Of a stretch of DNA of 64,000 nucleotides, positions 19,599 through 30,361 are shown piece by piece. Each line of letters starts with the position of its first letter. Within the stretch, counting starts at the first letter, position 1. Under the pieces are notes generated by a model. It made no database searches. It saw only the letters and a program-made list of their open reading frames with translations, and was not told where the DNA came from. Made by a program: the position numbers and the translations under genes. This stretch comes from Bdellovibrionota bacterium (GTDB taxonomy: Bacteria; Bdellovibrionota_G; JALEGL01; DATDPG01): assembly GCA_963668355.1 (NCBI GenBank), contig OY764265.1, positions 1,376,001 to 1,440,000 on the forward strand. The letters are read 5' to 3'.

Positions 19599-20450
19599 AT
19601 GTCGGTGAAAACCATAGGTGTTGTCGGCGCGGGACAAATGGGTGCGGGCATTGCTCAGGTAGCCTCGCAAAAGAAGTTTGATGTCATTTGTCATGATGTC
19701 AATGAAGAGAGAACGGCCTGGGGGAGAGCCTATATTGAAAAGAGCTTAGACCGTCTTCTTAAGAAAGAAAAAATCACGGAAGATGACAAGGTCGCGTTTT
19801 TGGGTCGAATTAAGTTTGTCACCGATTTAAAAGATCTCAAAGGGGCCAACTTGGTTGTGGAGGCTGCGACCGAGAATGTGAAAATTAAGGAAGAAATTTT
19901 CAAAAAACTGGATGAAATTCTTCCTCCCGAAGCTCTTCTAGGCAGCAACACCTCATCCATTTCCATCACCAAGATTGCCTCGTTTACGCAACGTCCAGAA
20001 AAGGTCATCGGCATGCATTTCATGAATCCGGTTCCTTTGATGAAATTGGTGGAGGTGATTCGAGGCTTGTTAACGTCGGATGAGACCTACAAAACCACAA
20101 TCGATGTCGCAACCCAGTTGGGAAAAGAGTGCGTGACGGTGCGGGATTTCCCCGGATTTTTGGTGAACCGAATTCTTTGCCCAATGATCAATGAAGCGGT
20201 TTTTGCCCTGGAATCTGAGATTGCGACTCCAGAAGACATCGATCAGGCGATGGTTTTGGGGACCAATCAACCCATGGGGCCCTTGGCCTTAGCGGATTTC
20301 ATTGGCCTGGATACGGTTTTGGCCATCATGGAAGTCTTGCATGAGGGGTTGGGAGATAGCAAATACCGTCCCGCTCCCTTGCTTCGAAAGTATGTTACTG
20401 CAGGCCTTTTGGGTCGAAAAACCGGAAGAGGATTTCATGTCTACGGTTGA
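19599..20450 (+). CDS. hbd: 3-hydroxybutyryl-CoA dehydrogenase
   Basis: [44 protein letters not shown]. Confidence 0.94.
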   Translation: MSVKTIGVVGAGQMGAGIAQVASQKKFDVICHDVNEERTAWGRAYIEKSLDRLLKKEKITEDDKVAFLGRIKFVTDLKDLKGANLVVEAATENVKIKEEIFKKLDEILPPEALLGSNTSSISITKIASFTQRPEKVIGMHFMNPVPLMKLVEVIRGLLTSDETYKTTIDVATQLGKECVTVRDFPGFLVNRILCPMINEAVFALESEIATPEDIDQAMVLGTNQPMGPLALADFIGLDTVLAIMEVLHEGLGDSKYRPAPLLRKYVTAGLLGRKTGRGFHVYG

Positions 20451-21210
20451 GCTTCGCGTTGACGAACGGATCGCCACGCTCACGTTCAATCGACCGGAGG
20501 CTTTGAATGCGTTGAACCGCGAAGTGTTGATGGATCTCAAAAAGCATATTGATGATCTCAAAACCCGTTCGGATGTTTCTGTGGTGGTGCTGACCGGTGC
20601 GGGTGAAAAAGCCTTTGTGGCGGGTGCGGACATCAAACAGATGAGTGCGTTTTCGCCTCTGGATGCCAGTTGCTTCGCTGATTTCGGTCAGAGTGTGTTG
20701 TTTGGGTTGGAGCATTTGCCGCAAGTAACCATTGCGATGGTCAATGGTTTTGCCTTGGGAGGCGGGTGTGAAATTGCCATGGCTTGTGACCTTATCTATG
20801 CGTCGGAGAAGGCCAAGTTTGGGCAACCCGAAATCAATCTGGGAGTGATCCCCGGTTTTGGAGGGACACAAAGGCTTCTGCGTTGGGTGGGGCCTCAAAA
20901 AGCTCGGGAGTTGATCTATACCGGGAACATGATCAAAGCCGACCAAGCCTTGGAGATGGGCTTGGTGGCCGGTGTGTTTTCCAAGGAAACCTTTGTGGAA
21001 GAAACCCTGAAAATTGCGGGGCAGATCGCGGACAAAGGAACCGAAGCGGTTTACCGAGCCAAAACGGCCTTGCGCGAAGGAATGAATACGGATTTAAATC
21101 GTGCGTGCTTGATTGAGCGGGAGCAGTTTGCACTTTGTTTTGATCATCCGGACCAAAAAGAAGGAATGAACGCGTTTTTAGAAAAACGAAAACCAAATTG
21201 GAGACGGTGA
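20437..21210 (+). CDS. crt: Enoyl-CoA hydratase (crotonase)
   Basis: Start at MSTVEL (20437); [35 protein letters not shown]. Confidence 0.92.
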   Translation: MSTVELRVDERIATLTFNRPEALNALNREVLMDLKKHIDDLKTRSDVSVVVLTGAGEKAFVAGADIKQMSAFSPLDASCFADFGQSVLFGLEHLPQVTIAMVNGFALGGGCEIAMACDLIYASEKAKFGQPEINLGVIPGFGGTQRLLRWVGPQKARELIYTGNMIKADQALEMGLVAGVFSKETFVEETLKIAGQIADKGTEAVYRAKTALREGMNTDLNRACLIEREQFALCFDHPDQKEGMNAFLEKRKPNWRR

Positions 21211-21211
21211 A

Positions 21212-22363
21212 ATGAACTTTGAGTTGACCGAAGAACATGTCCAGTTGAGGGACATGGTTCGTGAATTTGCACACAAAGAATTGAAATCCGTTGCGGCTGA
21301 GAATGATAAGACATGTACCTACCCCAAAGAGGCCATCCGAAAATTGGGTGAACTTGGGCTCATGGGAATCACGGTTCCTGAAAAGTGGGGTGGGGCGGAA
21401 ATGGATCCGTTGTCTTACGTTTTGGTCATCGAAGAGGTTTCCAAAGTTTGTGCCTCCACGGGAGTCATTCTTTCGGTCAACAACTCCTTGGTTTGTGAAG
21501 TTCTGAAGAAATACGGAACCGATGAACAAAAGAAGAAATATCTGATTCCATGTGCCAGTGGACAAAAACTGGGAGCGTATTGTTTGACTGAACCCATGTC
21601 TGGTTCAGATGCAGGAACTCAAAAAACGACGGCGGTTGCCCAAGGAGACCACTATGTGGTGAATGGAGCCAAGAACTTCATCACGAACGGTTTGCAAGCC
21701 GAAGTGTTTATTCTGTTTTGCATGACGGCCCCGGAAAAAAAGAGCAAAGGGGTTAGCGCGTTTGTGATTGAGCCGACGTTGGATGGCTTCGAAATGGGAA
21801 AAGACGAAAACAAAACAGGTGTTCGCTCCACCAGCACGTGCACCATTAGTTTTACAGACATGAAGGTGCCCAAAGAAAATCTCCTGGGAAAAGAAGGGGA
21901 GGGATACAAAATGGCCCTTTCCATATTGGACGGGGGTCGCATTGGCATTGCGGCGCAGGCGACAGGAATTGCTCAGGCCGCTTTGGATGAAGCGATTCGA
22001 TACGCGAAAGAACGAAAAGCTTTTGGAAAACCCATCGCAAAATTTCAAGGATTGCGTTGGATGTTGGCAGACATGGCGACCGATGTGGAGTCGGCTCGGC
22101 TTCTGACTTATCAGGCAGCGTACAAGAAGTCTTTGGGTGAAAGGTGTACGAAAGAAGCGGCCATTGCCAAGTTGTTTGCGGCCGAGGCCTCTTCTCGTGT
22201 GACCAATAAGTCTTTGCAGATCCATGGTGGGTATGGATATACGAAGGATTACCCTGTAGAAAGATTCGTTCGGGACGCCCGTGTGACGGAAATTTATGAA
22301 GGCACGAGTGAGGTTCAGCGCCTCGTGATTGCCAATCAAGTATTAAAGGAAGTTGGAGAGTAA
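21212..22363 (+). CDS. Short-chain acyl-CoA dehydrogenase (butyryl-CoA dehydrogenase-like)
   Basis: [43 protein letters not shown]. Confidence 0.93.
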   Translation: MNFELTEEHVQLRDMVREFAHKELKSVAAENDKTCTYPKEAIRKLGELGLMGITVPEKWGGAEMDPLSYVLVIEEVSKVCASTGVILSVNNSLVCEVLKKYGTDEQKKKYLIPCASGQKLGAYCLTEPMSGSDAGTQKTTAVAQGDHYVVNGAKNFITNGLQAEVFILFCMTAPEKKSKGVSAFVIEPTLDGFEMGKDENKTGVRSTSTCTISFTDMKVPKENLLGKEGEGYKMALSILDGGRIGIAAQATGIAQAALDEAIRYAKERKAFGKPIAKFQGLRWMLADMATDVESARLLTYQAAYKKSLGERCTKEAAIAKLFAAEASSRVTNKSLQIHGGYGYTKDYPVERFVRDARVTEIYEGTSEVQRLVIANQVLKEVGE

Positions 22364-22365
22364 GC

Positions 22366-24030
22366 GTGGGAAACGATTTTAAGAAAGCGTATGAAGCTTG
22401 GGAAAAGAATGTTTTGCAAAAGACCTTGGAGAAACGTCCGGAGCGGCAAAAAGAGTTCTCGACGATTTCGAGTCAACCCATTGATCGATTGTATACGCCT
22501 TTAAATTTAGAAGATTTCCGTTACGAAAAAGATTTGGGGAATCCTGGGGAGTTTCCCTTCACGCGTGGAATTCACTCTACGATGTACCGCGGCCGTTTGT
22601 GGACCATGCGCCAGTTTGCGGGCTTTGGTACGGCCCACGATTCCAACCAACGGTATCGTTATCTCTTGGAGAAAGGTCAGACAGGCTTGTCAGTTGCTTT
22701 TCATATGCCCACCATCATGGGGTATGATTCGGACTCGGATCGTTCTCGGGGAGAGGTCGGAAAAACCGGAGTCGCGATTGATACCTTGGCGGATATGGAG
22801 ACGCTCTTTGATCAAATTCCGTTGGATCAAGTGACCACATCCATGACGATCAATGCGCCGGCGGCCATTCTTCTATCCATGTATTTGGTGGCGGCTGAGA
22901 AACAGGGCGTTTCTTGGGATAAGGTCGGAGGAACGACACAAAACGATATTCTCAAGGAATACATCGCGCAGAAGTCTTGGATTTATCCACCCAAGCCTTC
23001 CATGCGTTTAATCACGGATATGATTGGTTTCTGTACGGAAAATGTTCCGCGTTGGAATACCATTTCGATTTCCGGCTATCATATTCGGGAAGCGGGCTCG
23101 ACAGCTGCTCAGGAGCTGGCTTTTACACTCGCGGATGGAATCGGTTACGTCCAGGCCGGGGTAGATGCGGGAATGGATGTAGATGATTTTGCACCCCGAC
23201 TTTCCTTCTTTTTCAATGCGCACAGCGATTTCTTTGAGGAAGTGGCCAAGTATCGTGCTGCCCGTCGAATTTGGGCTCGCGTTATGAAGGAACGCTTTAA
23301 GGCCAAGACGGATCGAAGTTGTATGCTTCGGTTTCATACGCAAACCGCCGGTTGTTCTCTGACGGCTCAGCAGCCCTATAACAATGTTGTCCGAACGACC
23401 ATTCAAGCCTTGGCGGCTGTGTTGGGTGGTACTCAATCGTTACATACCAACTCGTTGGACGAGACGTTGGCTTTGCCTACGGAAGAAACCGTTACACTGG
23501 CGCTTCGTACGCAACAGATCATTGCGGAGGAGTCGGGCGTGGCTTCTTCCATTGATCCGCTAGGTGGGAGTTATTTTGTGGAGTCCTTGACCGATGAAAT
23601 GGAAAGGCAGGCCATGGATTACATTCGGACCATCGATGAATTGGGAGGAATCATTCCCGCGATCGAGAAGGGGTATCCCCAGAAGGAAATTGGGAATGCT
23701 TCCTACCATTATCAACAGCAATTGGAGAGAGATGAAAAGATAGTTGTCGGTATCAATAAGTATGTAACGGACCACGATGAACCCATTCCCACGCTTCATA
23801 TTGATGAAGCCGTGGAAAAAAATCAGATTGAAAGTTTAAAGCAGGTAAAATCCAATCGAGATCAAAGCCAGGTAAATCAAAAGCTTGCGGCATTGAAGGA
23901 AGCGGCACAAGGAACTCAAAATGTGATGCCGTTTATCATTGATGCGGTTCGTTCATATGCCTCGTTGGGAGAAATGTGCGATGTGTTTCGAGAGGTCTTT
24001 GGGGAATATCATGACCCCAAGTGGTTGTGA
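22366..24030 (+). CDS. icmA: B12-dependent acyl-CoA mutase large subunit, isobutyryl-CoA mutase-type
   Basis: [10 protein letters not shown] (Phe), [11 protein letters not shown] (Gln), [21 protein letters not shown]. Confidence 0.8.
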   Translation: MGNDFKKAYEAWEKNVLQKTLEKRPERQKEFSTISSQPIDRLYTPLNLEDFRYEKDLGNPGEFPFTRGIHSTMYRGRLWTMRQFAGFGTAHDSNQRYRYLLEKGQTGLSVAFHMPTIMGYDSDSDRSRGEVGKTGVAIDTLADMETLFDQIPLDQVTTSMTINAPAAILLSMYLVAAEKQGVSWDKVGGTTQNDILKEYIAQKSWIYPPKPSMRLITDMIGFCTENVPRWNTISISGYHIREAGSTAAQELAFTLADGIGYVQAGVDAGMDVDDFAPRLSFFFNAHSDFFEEVAKYRAARRIWARVMKERFKAKTDRSCMLRFHTQTAGCSLTAQQPYNNVVRTTIQALAAVLGGTQSLHTNSLDETLALPTEETVTLALRTQQIIAEESGVASSIDPLGGSYFVESLTDEMERQAMDYIRTIDELGGIIPAIEKGYPQKEIGNASYHYQQQLERDEKIVVGINKYVTDHDEPIPTLHIDEAVEKNQIESLKQVKSNRDQSQVNQKLAALKEAAQGTQNVMPFIIDAVRSYASLGEMCDVFREVFGEYHDPKWL

Positions 24031-24076
24031 GCGGTGTTTCAGTTGAGCTCGAATGGAAGTTAGGTAGGAGAGGACG

Positions 24077-24478
24077 ATGGAATCAAAGTTAAGAATTTTA
24101 GTGGCGAAGCCTGGACTGGATGGTCACGATCGGGGTGCAAAAGTTGTTGCAAGAGCCTTGAGAGATGCAGGATTTGAAGTGATTTATACCGGCCTTCATC
24201 AGACTCCGCAGATGATTGTCAACGCGGCCATTGATGAAGATGTAGATGCGGTGAGTATGTCTATTTTATCTGGTGCGCATATGTTTCTCTTCCCTGAAGT
24301 GATTCGCCTGCTGAAAGAAAATGACGCCTCCGATATTACCGTGTTTGGAGGAGGAATTGTTCCGGAGGGGGATATCCCAAAATTGAAAGAAGCTGGGGTT
24401 GCGGAAATTTTCACCCCGGGTGTGTCGTTGGAAAATATTGTGAAATGGGTCAAGGAGAACGTTAAATCGACAAAGTGA
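24077..24478 (+). CDS. icmB: Cobalamin-binding small subunit of acyl-CoA mutase
   Basis: [10 protein letters not shown] (DxHxxG), SILSGAH, GGGIVP. Confidence 0.85.
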   Translation: MESKLRILVAKPGLDGHDRGAKVVARALRDAGFEVIYTGLHQTPQMIVNAAIDEDVDAVSMSILSGAHMFLFPEVIRLLKENDASDITVFGGGIVPEGDIPKLKEAGVAEIFTPGVSLENIVKWVKENVKSTK

Positions 24479-24487
24479 GGAACACGC

Positions 24488-25630
24488 ATGGACTTCCAAT
24501 ATGATGAAAACCATCAAATGATTCGTGACATGGTTCGGGCATTTGCCTTGGAAGAGGTGAAACCCGGAGCCCAGGAGAGAGACGAGACGGGGGAATTCCC
24601 CTTTGAGCTGGTCAAAAAACTGGGTGAATTGGGCTTGATGGGGATCATGGTTCCGGAAGATTTGGGTGGTGCCGGAATGGATGTAACGTCATTCGCCATC
24701 ATCGTAGAGGAATTGGCCAGACACGACGGCTCTCTGGCGTTAACTGTGGCCTCTCACAATGGTTTGGGAACCAGTCATTTGCTTACGTTCGGGAGTGATG
24801 AATTAAAGAAAAAATATCTTCCTTCCATGGCTTCCGGAGAGAAATTGGCGGCCTGGGGTTTGACGGAGCCCAGTTCTGGATCGGATGCTTTGGGAATGAA
24901 GACGACCGCTGTGAAAGAGGGAGATTTTTGGATTTTGAATGGAGCCAAGAACTTCATTACACAGGGGTCGGTGGGAGACGTGTTCGTAATTTTGGCGGTC
25001 ACGGATAAAGATCAAGGAAGCCATGGGGTGAGTGCCTTCTTGCTTGAGAAAGGTTGGGAAGGTTTCGAAATCGGGGCCAAAGAAGATAAGTATGGTTGTC
25101 GAAGCAGCGATACGGCCTCTCTTTCCTTTGAGAATGTGAAAGTCCCTTCATCGCATATGATCGGAAAAGAGGGGGAAGCTTTCATTGATACGCTGAAAAT
25201 CCTCGACCGAGGGCGAGTCATCATTGGTGCGATGGCATTGGGCTTAGGTAAACAGGCGTTGGAAGATGCCGCCAAATACTCGAAGGAGCGGGAAGCTTTT
25301 GGAAAGACGATTGCGAATTTTCAAGCCATCCAATGGATGTTGGCCGATTCCGCCACGGAGTTAGAAGCGGCCGAGAAGCTGATTCAGCATGCCGCCTGGC
25401 TGCATGATCAGAAAAAATTCGCAAAGAAAGAGTCTTCCATGGCCAAGCTTTATGCTTCGGAGGCGGCTTGGCGAGCGTGCAATCGCGCCATCCAAATTCA
25501 TGGTGGCTATGGGTACGTGAAAGAGTATCCCGTAGAGCGATATGTTCGAGATGTGAAGCTGTGTGAAATTGGTGAGGGGACCAGTGAAATTCAACGAGAA
25601 GTCATCGCAAGTCAGATGATCGACGCATAA
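24488..25630 (+). CDS. Acyl-CoA dehydrogenase (short/branched-chain type)
   Basis: [33 protein letters not shown]. Confidence 0.92.
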   Translation: MDFQYDENHQMIRDMVRAFALEEVKPGAQERDETGEFPFELVKKLGELGLMGIMVPEDLGGAGMDVTSFAIIVEELARHDGSLALTVASHNGLGTSHLLTFGSDELKKKYLPSMASGEKLAAWGLTEPSSGSDALGMKTTAVKEGDFWILNGAKNFITQGSVGDVFVILAVTDKDQGSHGVSAFLLEKGWEGFEIGAKEDKYGCRSSDTASLSFENVKVPSSHMIGKEGEAFIDTLKILDRGRVIIGAMALGLGKQALEDAAKYSKEREAFGKTIANFQAIQWMLADSATELEAAEKLIQHAAWLHDQKKFAKKESSMAKLYASEAAWRACNRAIQIHGGYGYVKEYPVERYVRDVKLCEIGEGTSEIQREVIASQMIDA

Positions 25631-25633
25631 GAA

Positions 25634-26257
25634 ATGGCTATTTTTTCCCAAACGTATCATTTTCTCGCCCAAGGGGGCCCCGCCATGGCGGTGCTTTTTT
25701 TGGGATCGGTTCTTTGTGTGGCATTCATTCTGGAAAGACTTTCGGCCCTTCAGCGCAAGAAAATTCTTCCATCCAAGTTCATGTCCGATTTGGAGTCGCT
25801 GAGTTTGGAAAAAAAGTCTTCCGAAGCTCTTGCGGTTTGTAAAGCAGGGGAATCTCCCATTGCGCGAATCGTGCTCGCGGGACTTGAAAAACGTGAGCAT
25901 TCCAAAGAGCACGTTCGGGAAGCCATGGAAATGGCGGGTCGTCGCGAAGTGAGCAATATGGAAAAACATCTCGAGGCCTTGGCTACGTTAGCAGCCGCAG
26001 GTCCTTTGGTGGGGCTTTTGGGAACCGTGACGGGAATGATTCGAACGTTTTCCGTTGTAAAGGCTTTTGGTGTGGGGGATCCCATGCGTCTTTCGGGAGG
26101 AATCTCTGAAGCTCTGATCAGTACAGCGGCCGGCCTTGTGTTGGCGATTCCTGCATTGGTGTTTCACCGCTATTTCTTAAGAAAAATTGATCGATTGGTG
26201 TTGGAGATCGAGGAATATACCGAACGAATTTTGGATTCCTTTATGGAGGGGAAATGA
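25634..26257 (+). CDS. MotA/TolQ/ExbB proton channel protein
   Basis: GPLVGLLGTVTGMI, GGISEALISTAAGL. Confidence 0.93.
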   Translation: MAIFSQTYHFLAQGGPAMAVLFLGSVLCVAFILERLSALQRKKILPSKFMSDLESLSLEKKSSEALAVCKAGESPIARIVLAGLEKREHSKEHVREAMEMAGRREVSNMEKHLEALATLAAAGPLVGLLGTVTGMIRTFSVVKAFGVGDPMRLSGGISEALISTAAGLVLAIPALVFHRYFLRKIDRLVLEIEEYTERILDSFMEGK

Positions 26258-26676
26258 AAATTCCCCGGCGTAAGAGGGCCTCTTCGTCGGTGGACATTGC
26301 CATGACTCCTTTGGTGGATCTGTTTCTAAATATCCTCATTTTCTTTTTGGTCACGACAACCTTCACAGCCGACACCGTTTTTTTCGTGGATTTACCCGAA
26401 GCCAAAGCTTCTCAGGACTTAGGAGAAACGAAAAAGGTTTCGATTCATCTGAGTGCCTCGGGGCAAGTGGCCTTCAATAGTCAGGTGGTAGAGGTGAACG
26501 ATTTAAAATCCATGTTGGAAGGAATTCCTGATCATCGCAGGGGATCCATTCCAGTGGTTTTGAGAGCAGATAAGAGCACGCCCCATGGAACGGTTGTGTC
26601 CGTTATCGATATTCTTCGTGAAGTGGGATTGCAGAACGTCGGCATTGTGACTGAAACGGCCAAGGAGCGAATGTGA
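26254..26676 (+). CDS. ExbD/TolR family protein
   Basis: MTPLVDLFLNILIFFLVT, VDLPEA, LRADK. Confidence 0.93.
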   Translation: MKIPRRKRASSSVDIAMTPLVDLFLNILIFFLVTTTFTADTVFFVDLPEAKASQDLGETKKVSIHLSASGQVAFNSQVVEVNDLKSMLEGIPDHRRGSIPVVLRADKSTPHGTVVSVIDILREVGLQNVGIVTETAKERM

Positions 26677-28658
26677 CCCGAAAAGACGAAGCGAAGTTGT
26701 TGCGCAAGCCCACCGAAAAAGATGTGAAAGGAAGTAATCTTGCGCAGTATTTGAAATGGTTGGATCAAAAAGGTTATGGGAAGTTTAAAAATTATGGGGA
26801 ATTGCACAAATGGTCCATCCAAAATCTGAATGATTTTTGGGAGTCGATTTGGAAATGGAGTGGTGTCATTGCCACGGCCCAGCATGAAAAGGTATTGGCC
26901 AAAGATCAGATGCCCGGAGCAAAGTGGTTTCCCGGAGCCAAACTGAATTTTGCCCAGAATCTTTTGCGTTGGGCGTGGGGCGGAGGACCCAATAAGGTTG
27001 CCATCACCTCCGTCGCTGAAGGTCGGCCAGATATTCAAATTACTTATTTGGAACTTTTGGAGAAGGTTGGGAATTTTGCTTCTTTTCTTCAGTTAAGGGG
27101 CGTTGGCGTGGGAGATCGGGTGGCGGCGATCACAACCAATGGTCCAGAAGCTGTGATTGGAATGCTGGCGGCCACCAGCATCGGAGCCATTTGGTCTTCG
27201 TGTTCCCCGGACTTTGGCTTTCAGGGAATTTTGGATCGTTTCGGACAAATTGCGCCGAAGGTTCTGATTGCCGTGGATGGCTATCGCTACGGGGGCAAAG
27301 AATACTTGCTGCATGAACGTCTGCAAAAAGTCAGCAAGGAAATTCCCTCGATTGAAACCATGGTCATTGTTCGGCAACTGCAGCAAGAAGAGAACAAGAC
27401 GCTGGAAGGAACTTTTCTGAAGAAGGCCCATTTTTGGGATGAGATCATGTCTCAGTCTTGGCCCTCACAATTGGAGTTTGTCTCCCTTCCTTTTGATCAT
27501 CCGGTATACATTCTGTATTCATCGGGGACGACGGGAAAGCCGAAGTGCATTGTCCACAGTGCGGGAGGGATTCTTCTTCAGCATAGCAAAGAGTTGATGT
27601 TGCATACGAATGTAACCGAGGAAGACCGTTTCTTTTATTTCACGACCTGCGGATGGATGATGTGGAATTGGCTGGTTTCAGGCCTGATGACGGGGGCCGA
27701 GTTGATTCTTTTTGATGGGTCTCCGGGATACCCCAGTTTGGATCGTTTGTGGCATTTGGCAGCCGATAAACGGATCACCATCTTTGGAACCAGTGCGAAA
27801 TTTTTGGGCAGTTGCCGAACGGCAGGTTTGGAACCCGGCCGGATTTTCCATTTAGAGGAATTAAAAACCATTTGTTCTACGGGGTCTCCTCTGCTTCCTG
27901 AGGACTTCGACTATGTGTATCAACATGTGAAAGACGATGTCTTGTTGTCATCCATTGCCGGCGGCACGGATATCTGCTCTTGCTTTGTTTTGGGAAATCC
28001 AATGCTCCCGGTTTATCGAGGAGAGATTCAATGCAAAGGTCTCGGGATGGCCGTGGCGGCCTATAACGAAGAGGGAAAGGCGGTGATCAACCAAAAAGGT
28101 GAGTTGGTTTGCACCCGTCCCGCTCCCTGTATGCCACTGGAGTTTTGGAATGATCGTGGAGATGACAAGTATGTGAAGGCCTATTTTAAACATTTCCCAG
28201 GCGTTTGGCGGCATGGTGATTACATTGTCGTGACGGAACGTGGAGGGGTGATCATGTTGGGTCGTTCAGATTCCACGCTGAACCCGAGCGGTGTGCGCAT
28301 CGGAACTTCCGAAATTTATCGCCAGGTGGAGACCATGAAAGAAGTCAAAGACTCCTTGGTGGTCGGTCAAGCGTGGAATGGAGACCAACGCGTAGTTTTG
28401 TTTGTGATTCTCAAAGAGGGCAAGAAGTTGGATGATGAATTGAAACAAAAAATCAAAGCCCGAATCATTGAGGGAACCACACCGCGACATGCCCCGGCCG
28501 TCATTCATGAAATCAAAGAAATCCCGTACACGATCAGCGGAAAGAAAGTGGAGATTGCCGTAGCCAAAATGTTGGCAGGCGAAACGATCGAAAACCGCGA
28601 TGCCCTATCCAATCCCAACTCCCTCGACCAATTCCACCCCGAGCTACTTTCTCAATAG
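26673..28658 (+). CDS. Acetoacetate--CoA ligase
   Basis: WFPGAKLNFAQNLL, WSSCSPDFG, YSSGTTGKPKCIVH, GWMMWNWL, GRSDSTLNPSGVRIGT. Confidence 0.93.
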   Translation: MTRKDEAKLLRKPTEKDVKGSNLAQYLKWLDQKGYGKFKNYGELHKWSIQNLNDFWESIWKWSGVIATAQHEKVLAKDQMPGAKWFPGAKLNFAQNLLRWAWGGGPNKVAITSVAEGRPDIQITYLELLEKVGNFASFLQLRGVGVGDRVAAITTNGPEAVIGMLAATSIGAIWSSCSPDFGFQGILDRFGQIAPKVLIAVDGYRYGGKEYLLHERLQKVSKEIPSIETMVIVRQLQQEENKTLEGTFLKKAHFWDEIMSQSWPSQLEFVSLPFDHPVYILYSSGTTGKPKCIVHSAGGILLQHSKELMLHTNVTEEDRFFYFTTCGWMMWNWLVSGLMTGAELILFDGSPGYPSLDRLWHLAADKRITIFGTSAKFLGSCRTAGLEPGRIFHLEELKTICSTGSPLLPEDFDYVYQHVKDDVLLSSIAGGTDICSCFVLGNPMLPVYRGEIQCKGLGMAVAAYNEEGKAVINQKGELVCTRPAPCMPLEFWNDRGDDKYVKAYFKHFPGVWRHGDYIVVTERGGVIMLGRSDSTLNPSGVRIGTSEIYRQVETMKEVKDSLVVGQAWNGDQRVVLFVILKEGKKLDDELKQKIKARIIEGTTPRHAPAVIHEIKEIPYTISGKKVEIAVAKMLAGETIENRDALSNPNSLDQFHPELLSQ

Positions 28659-28714
28659 GGGTTAGGCCCACCCTGGGAAATCAAATTTTAGAAAGGGTTT
28701 GCCGAGTAAGTGTC

Positions 28715-29950
28715 TCAGTTTAGGGCGCTTTCGGCAAAAGCCACGAGTTCGTCGTGCTTGGCCTTTGCATCTTGAAATCCCAAATCAATGAGTTTTTCGA
28801 CGTAAGTGGGCTCAAAGAGAAAGTAGCTGAGCAAGGTTGCGCCTTGTCCCGGTCCGGATTCCAGGAGGCGAAGAATGAATTTTTCCATCATTCCAAAACT
28901 TCTCAAACGTTTGTAAGAGCCCCGAATCGTATCGTCCACAAGCGAAGAGATGTTGACGCTTGGGAAGATGGCCAATGTGCGAATTTGCTGCATCCGTGCT
29001 TCTTGGCAAATGGCTTGGTAGGTGTCCGGAGGGGTTAGGTTCTCGGCAATGGATAAAACGCGATTGACGCGTTCCAATTGTCCAAAGTCAAAGTCCAGCC
29101 GATCGGAAAGATAGGCGTTAAGCATTTTCCCAAGCATATCTCCGAGGGTTGGCCGGAGAAGCGGTGATATTCGAATCTGAGGGTTGCTGGCCTCACCCGT
29201 TAGAGCGTGACGGGTTCCGACGAGCAGAATATGCGAAGCTCCGAGAGAAACCGCAGGAGCCAGGGGGGTGTTCGAGCGGAGACTGCCATCGCTGTAGTAC
29301 AGGCCATGAATGGGTACCGCTGGAAAGAGGATGGGAATGGCGGCAGAAGCCATCACATGTCTGGGGGTGATACGCATATCCCGAGCAGGAGAGCGAAGTG
29401 TGTGGCGAAGTTTTGGACTTCTTTGGAGGAAAATTTCCAAATTTCCCGTGTGCATATTTGTGGCCGAAATGGCCAACGCCTCAACAAGACCCTCTCGAAT
29501 ATTTTTTGAAATGGCCCGAAAGGGGCATCCTTTTTTCAGCGTTCCATAGAAGGGCTGCGTGTCAAAAAGGGCATGGAAATCCAGAGTGTCATCTTCGGGT
29601 TGGCTAAACCCTTTTATGCCAAGTATGTGTGTAAAAAGGCCCAGAGTCGTTCGAAAAATCAATTTGCCGATGGAGTAGGGCCCACGGGCGTAGATGTCAC
29701 GACTTTGGATGTTTCGCCAAAGTTCCACCAACCGTTGGCCTTGAAGAATGGAGTCGTGTGCATAGGCAGCACAAACTGAACTATTGATGGCTCCAACGCT
29801 TGAACCACAAAAAATATGAAATGGAAGGTTCTTTGCCAAATGGGGAGGAAGTTGGGTTCGGATGTAGTGGACAACTCCAGCCTCATAGGCCCCCCGCGTG
29901 CCGCCACCAGACAAAACCAAGGCCGTTCGTTTGGGGAGCTTATCCGTCAT
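28715..29950 (-). CDS. Patatin-like phospholipase
   Basis: LSGGGTRG, GSSVG (GxSxG), ASAAIP..FP, SDGS. Confidence 0.9.
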   Translation of the reverse strand: MTDKLPKRTALVLSGGGTRGAYEAGVVHYIRTQLPPHLAKNLPFHIFCGSSVGAINSSVCAAYAHDSILQGQRLVELWRNIQSRDIYARGPYSIGKLIFRTTLGLFTHILGIKGFSQPEDDTLDFHALFDTQPFYGTLKKGCPFRAISKNIREGLVEALAISATNMHTGNLEIFLQRSPKLRHTLRSPARDMRITPRHVMASAAIPILFPAVPIHGLYYSDGSLRSNTPLAPAVSLGASHILLVGTRHALTGEASNPQIRISPLLRPTLGDMLGKMLNAYLSDRLDFDFGQLERVNRVLSIAENLTPPDTYQAICQEARMQQIRTLAIFPSVNISSLVDDTIRGSYKRLRSFGMMEKFILRLLESGPGQGATLLSYFLFEPTYVEKLIDLGFQDAKAKHDELVAFAESALN

Positions 29951-29988
29951 CTTAGCTACCTATAATACCCTGCCGCCGACGCTTTTCA

Positions 29989-30342
29989 ATGAACGAAGGC
30001 AGGCGTACGATGGCATTCGTGCATTCATTTCTGCGGCTTCGGTTCAAGCGTTGGCACCTTCGTTGGTGGAAGGGACGGAATTACTTTGCTTGGATGGTCG
30101 CGGCCTATCTCATGATCTTGGTGACTTTTTCACTCCTGGGAGATCGAGGACTTTTGCGAAGTCTTCGACTTTGGCATGAGTGCCAGAAGCTGGATGGGGA
30201 AATCGTCGAATTGGAACAAGATGTGCGAGACCTCCGGAAGAACGTGGACTTGTTTCGTCACGATATTCGAACCATTGAAAAATTCGCTCGCGAAGAACTT
30301 CATCTGGCGGGAAAGAACGAAATCCACTATATTTTTAAGTGA
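29989..30342 (+). CDS. Septum formation initiator (FtsB/DivIC family)
   Basis: TM helix, GDRGL, coiled coil, IEKFAREELHL...EIHY. Confidence 0.85.
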   Translation: MNEGRRTMAFVHSFLRLRFKRWHLRWWKGRNYFAWMVAAYLMILVTFSLLGDRGLLRSLRLWHECQKLDGEIVELEQDVRDLRKNVDLFRHDIRTIEKFAREELHLAGKNEIHYIFK

Positions 30343-30361
30343 ATCTTCGTAGGGAGCGTTC

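Noticed and set aside
20302..20436. Extended start of crotonase; likewise track starts at 46263, 48810, 37553, 38238 and 10370
   Set aside because: They overlap upstream genes or precede a better start that has an RBS or signal peptide.
22366..24030. Methylmalonyl-CoA mutase call
   Set aside because: The specificity positions carry Phe and Gln rather than the Tyr and Arg that bind the substrate carboxylate in MCM.
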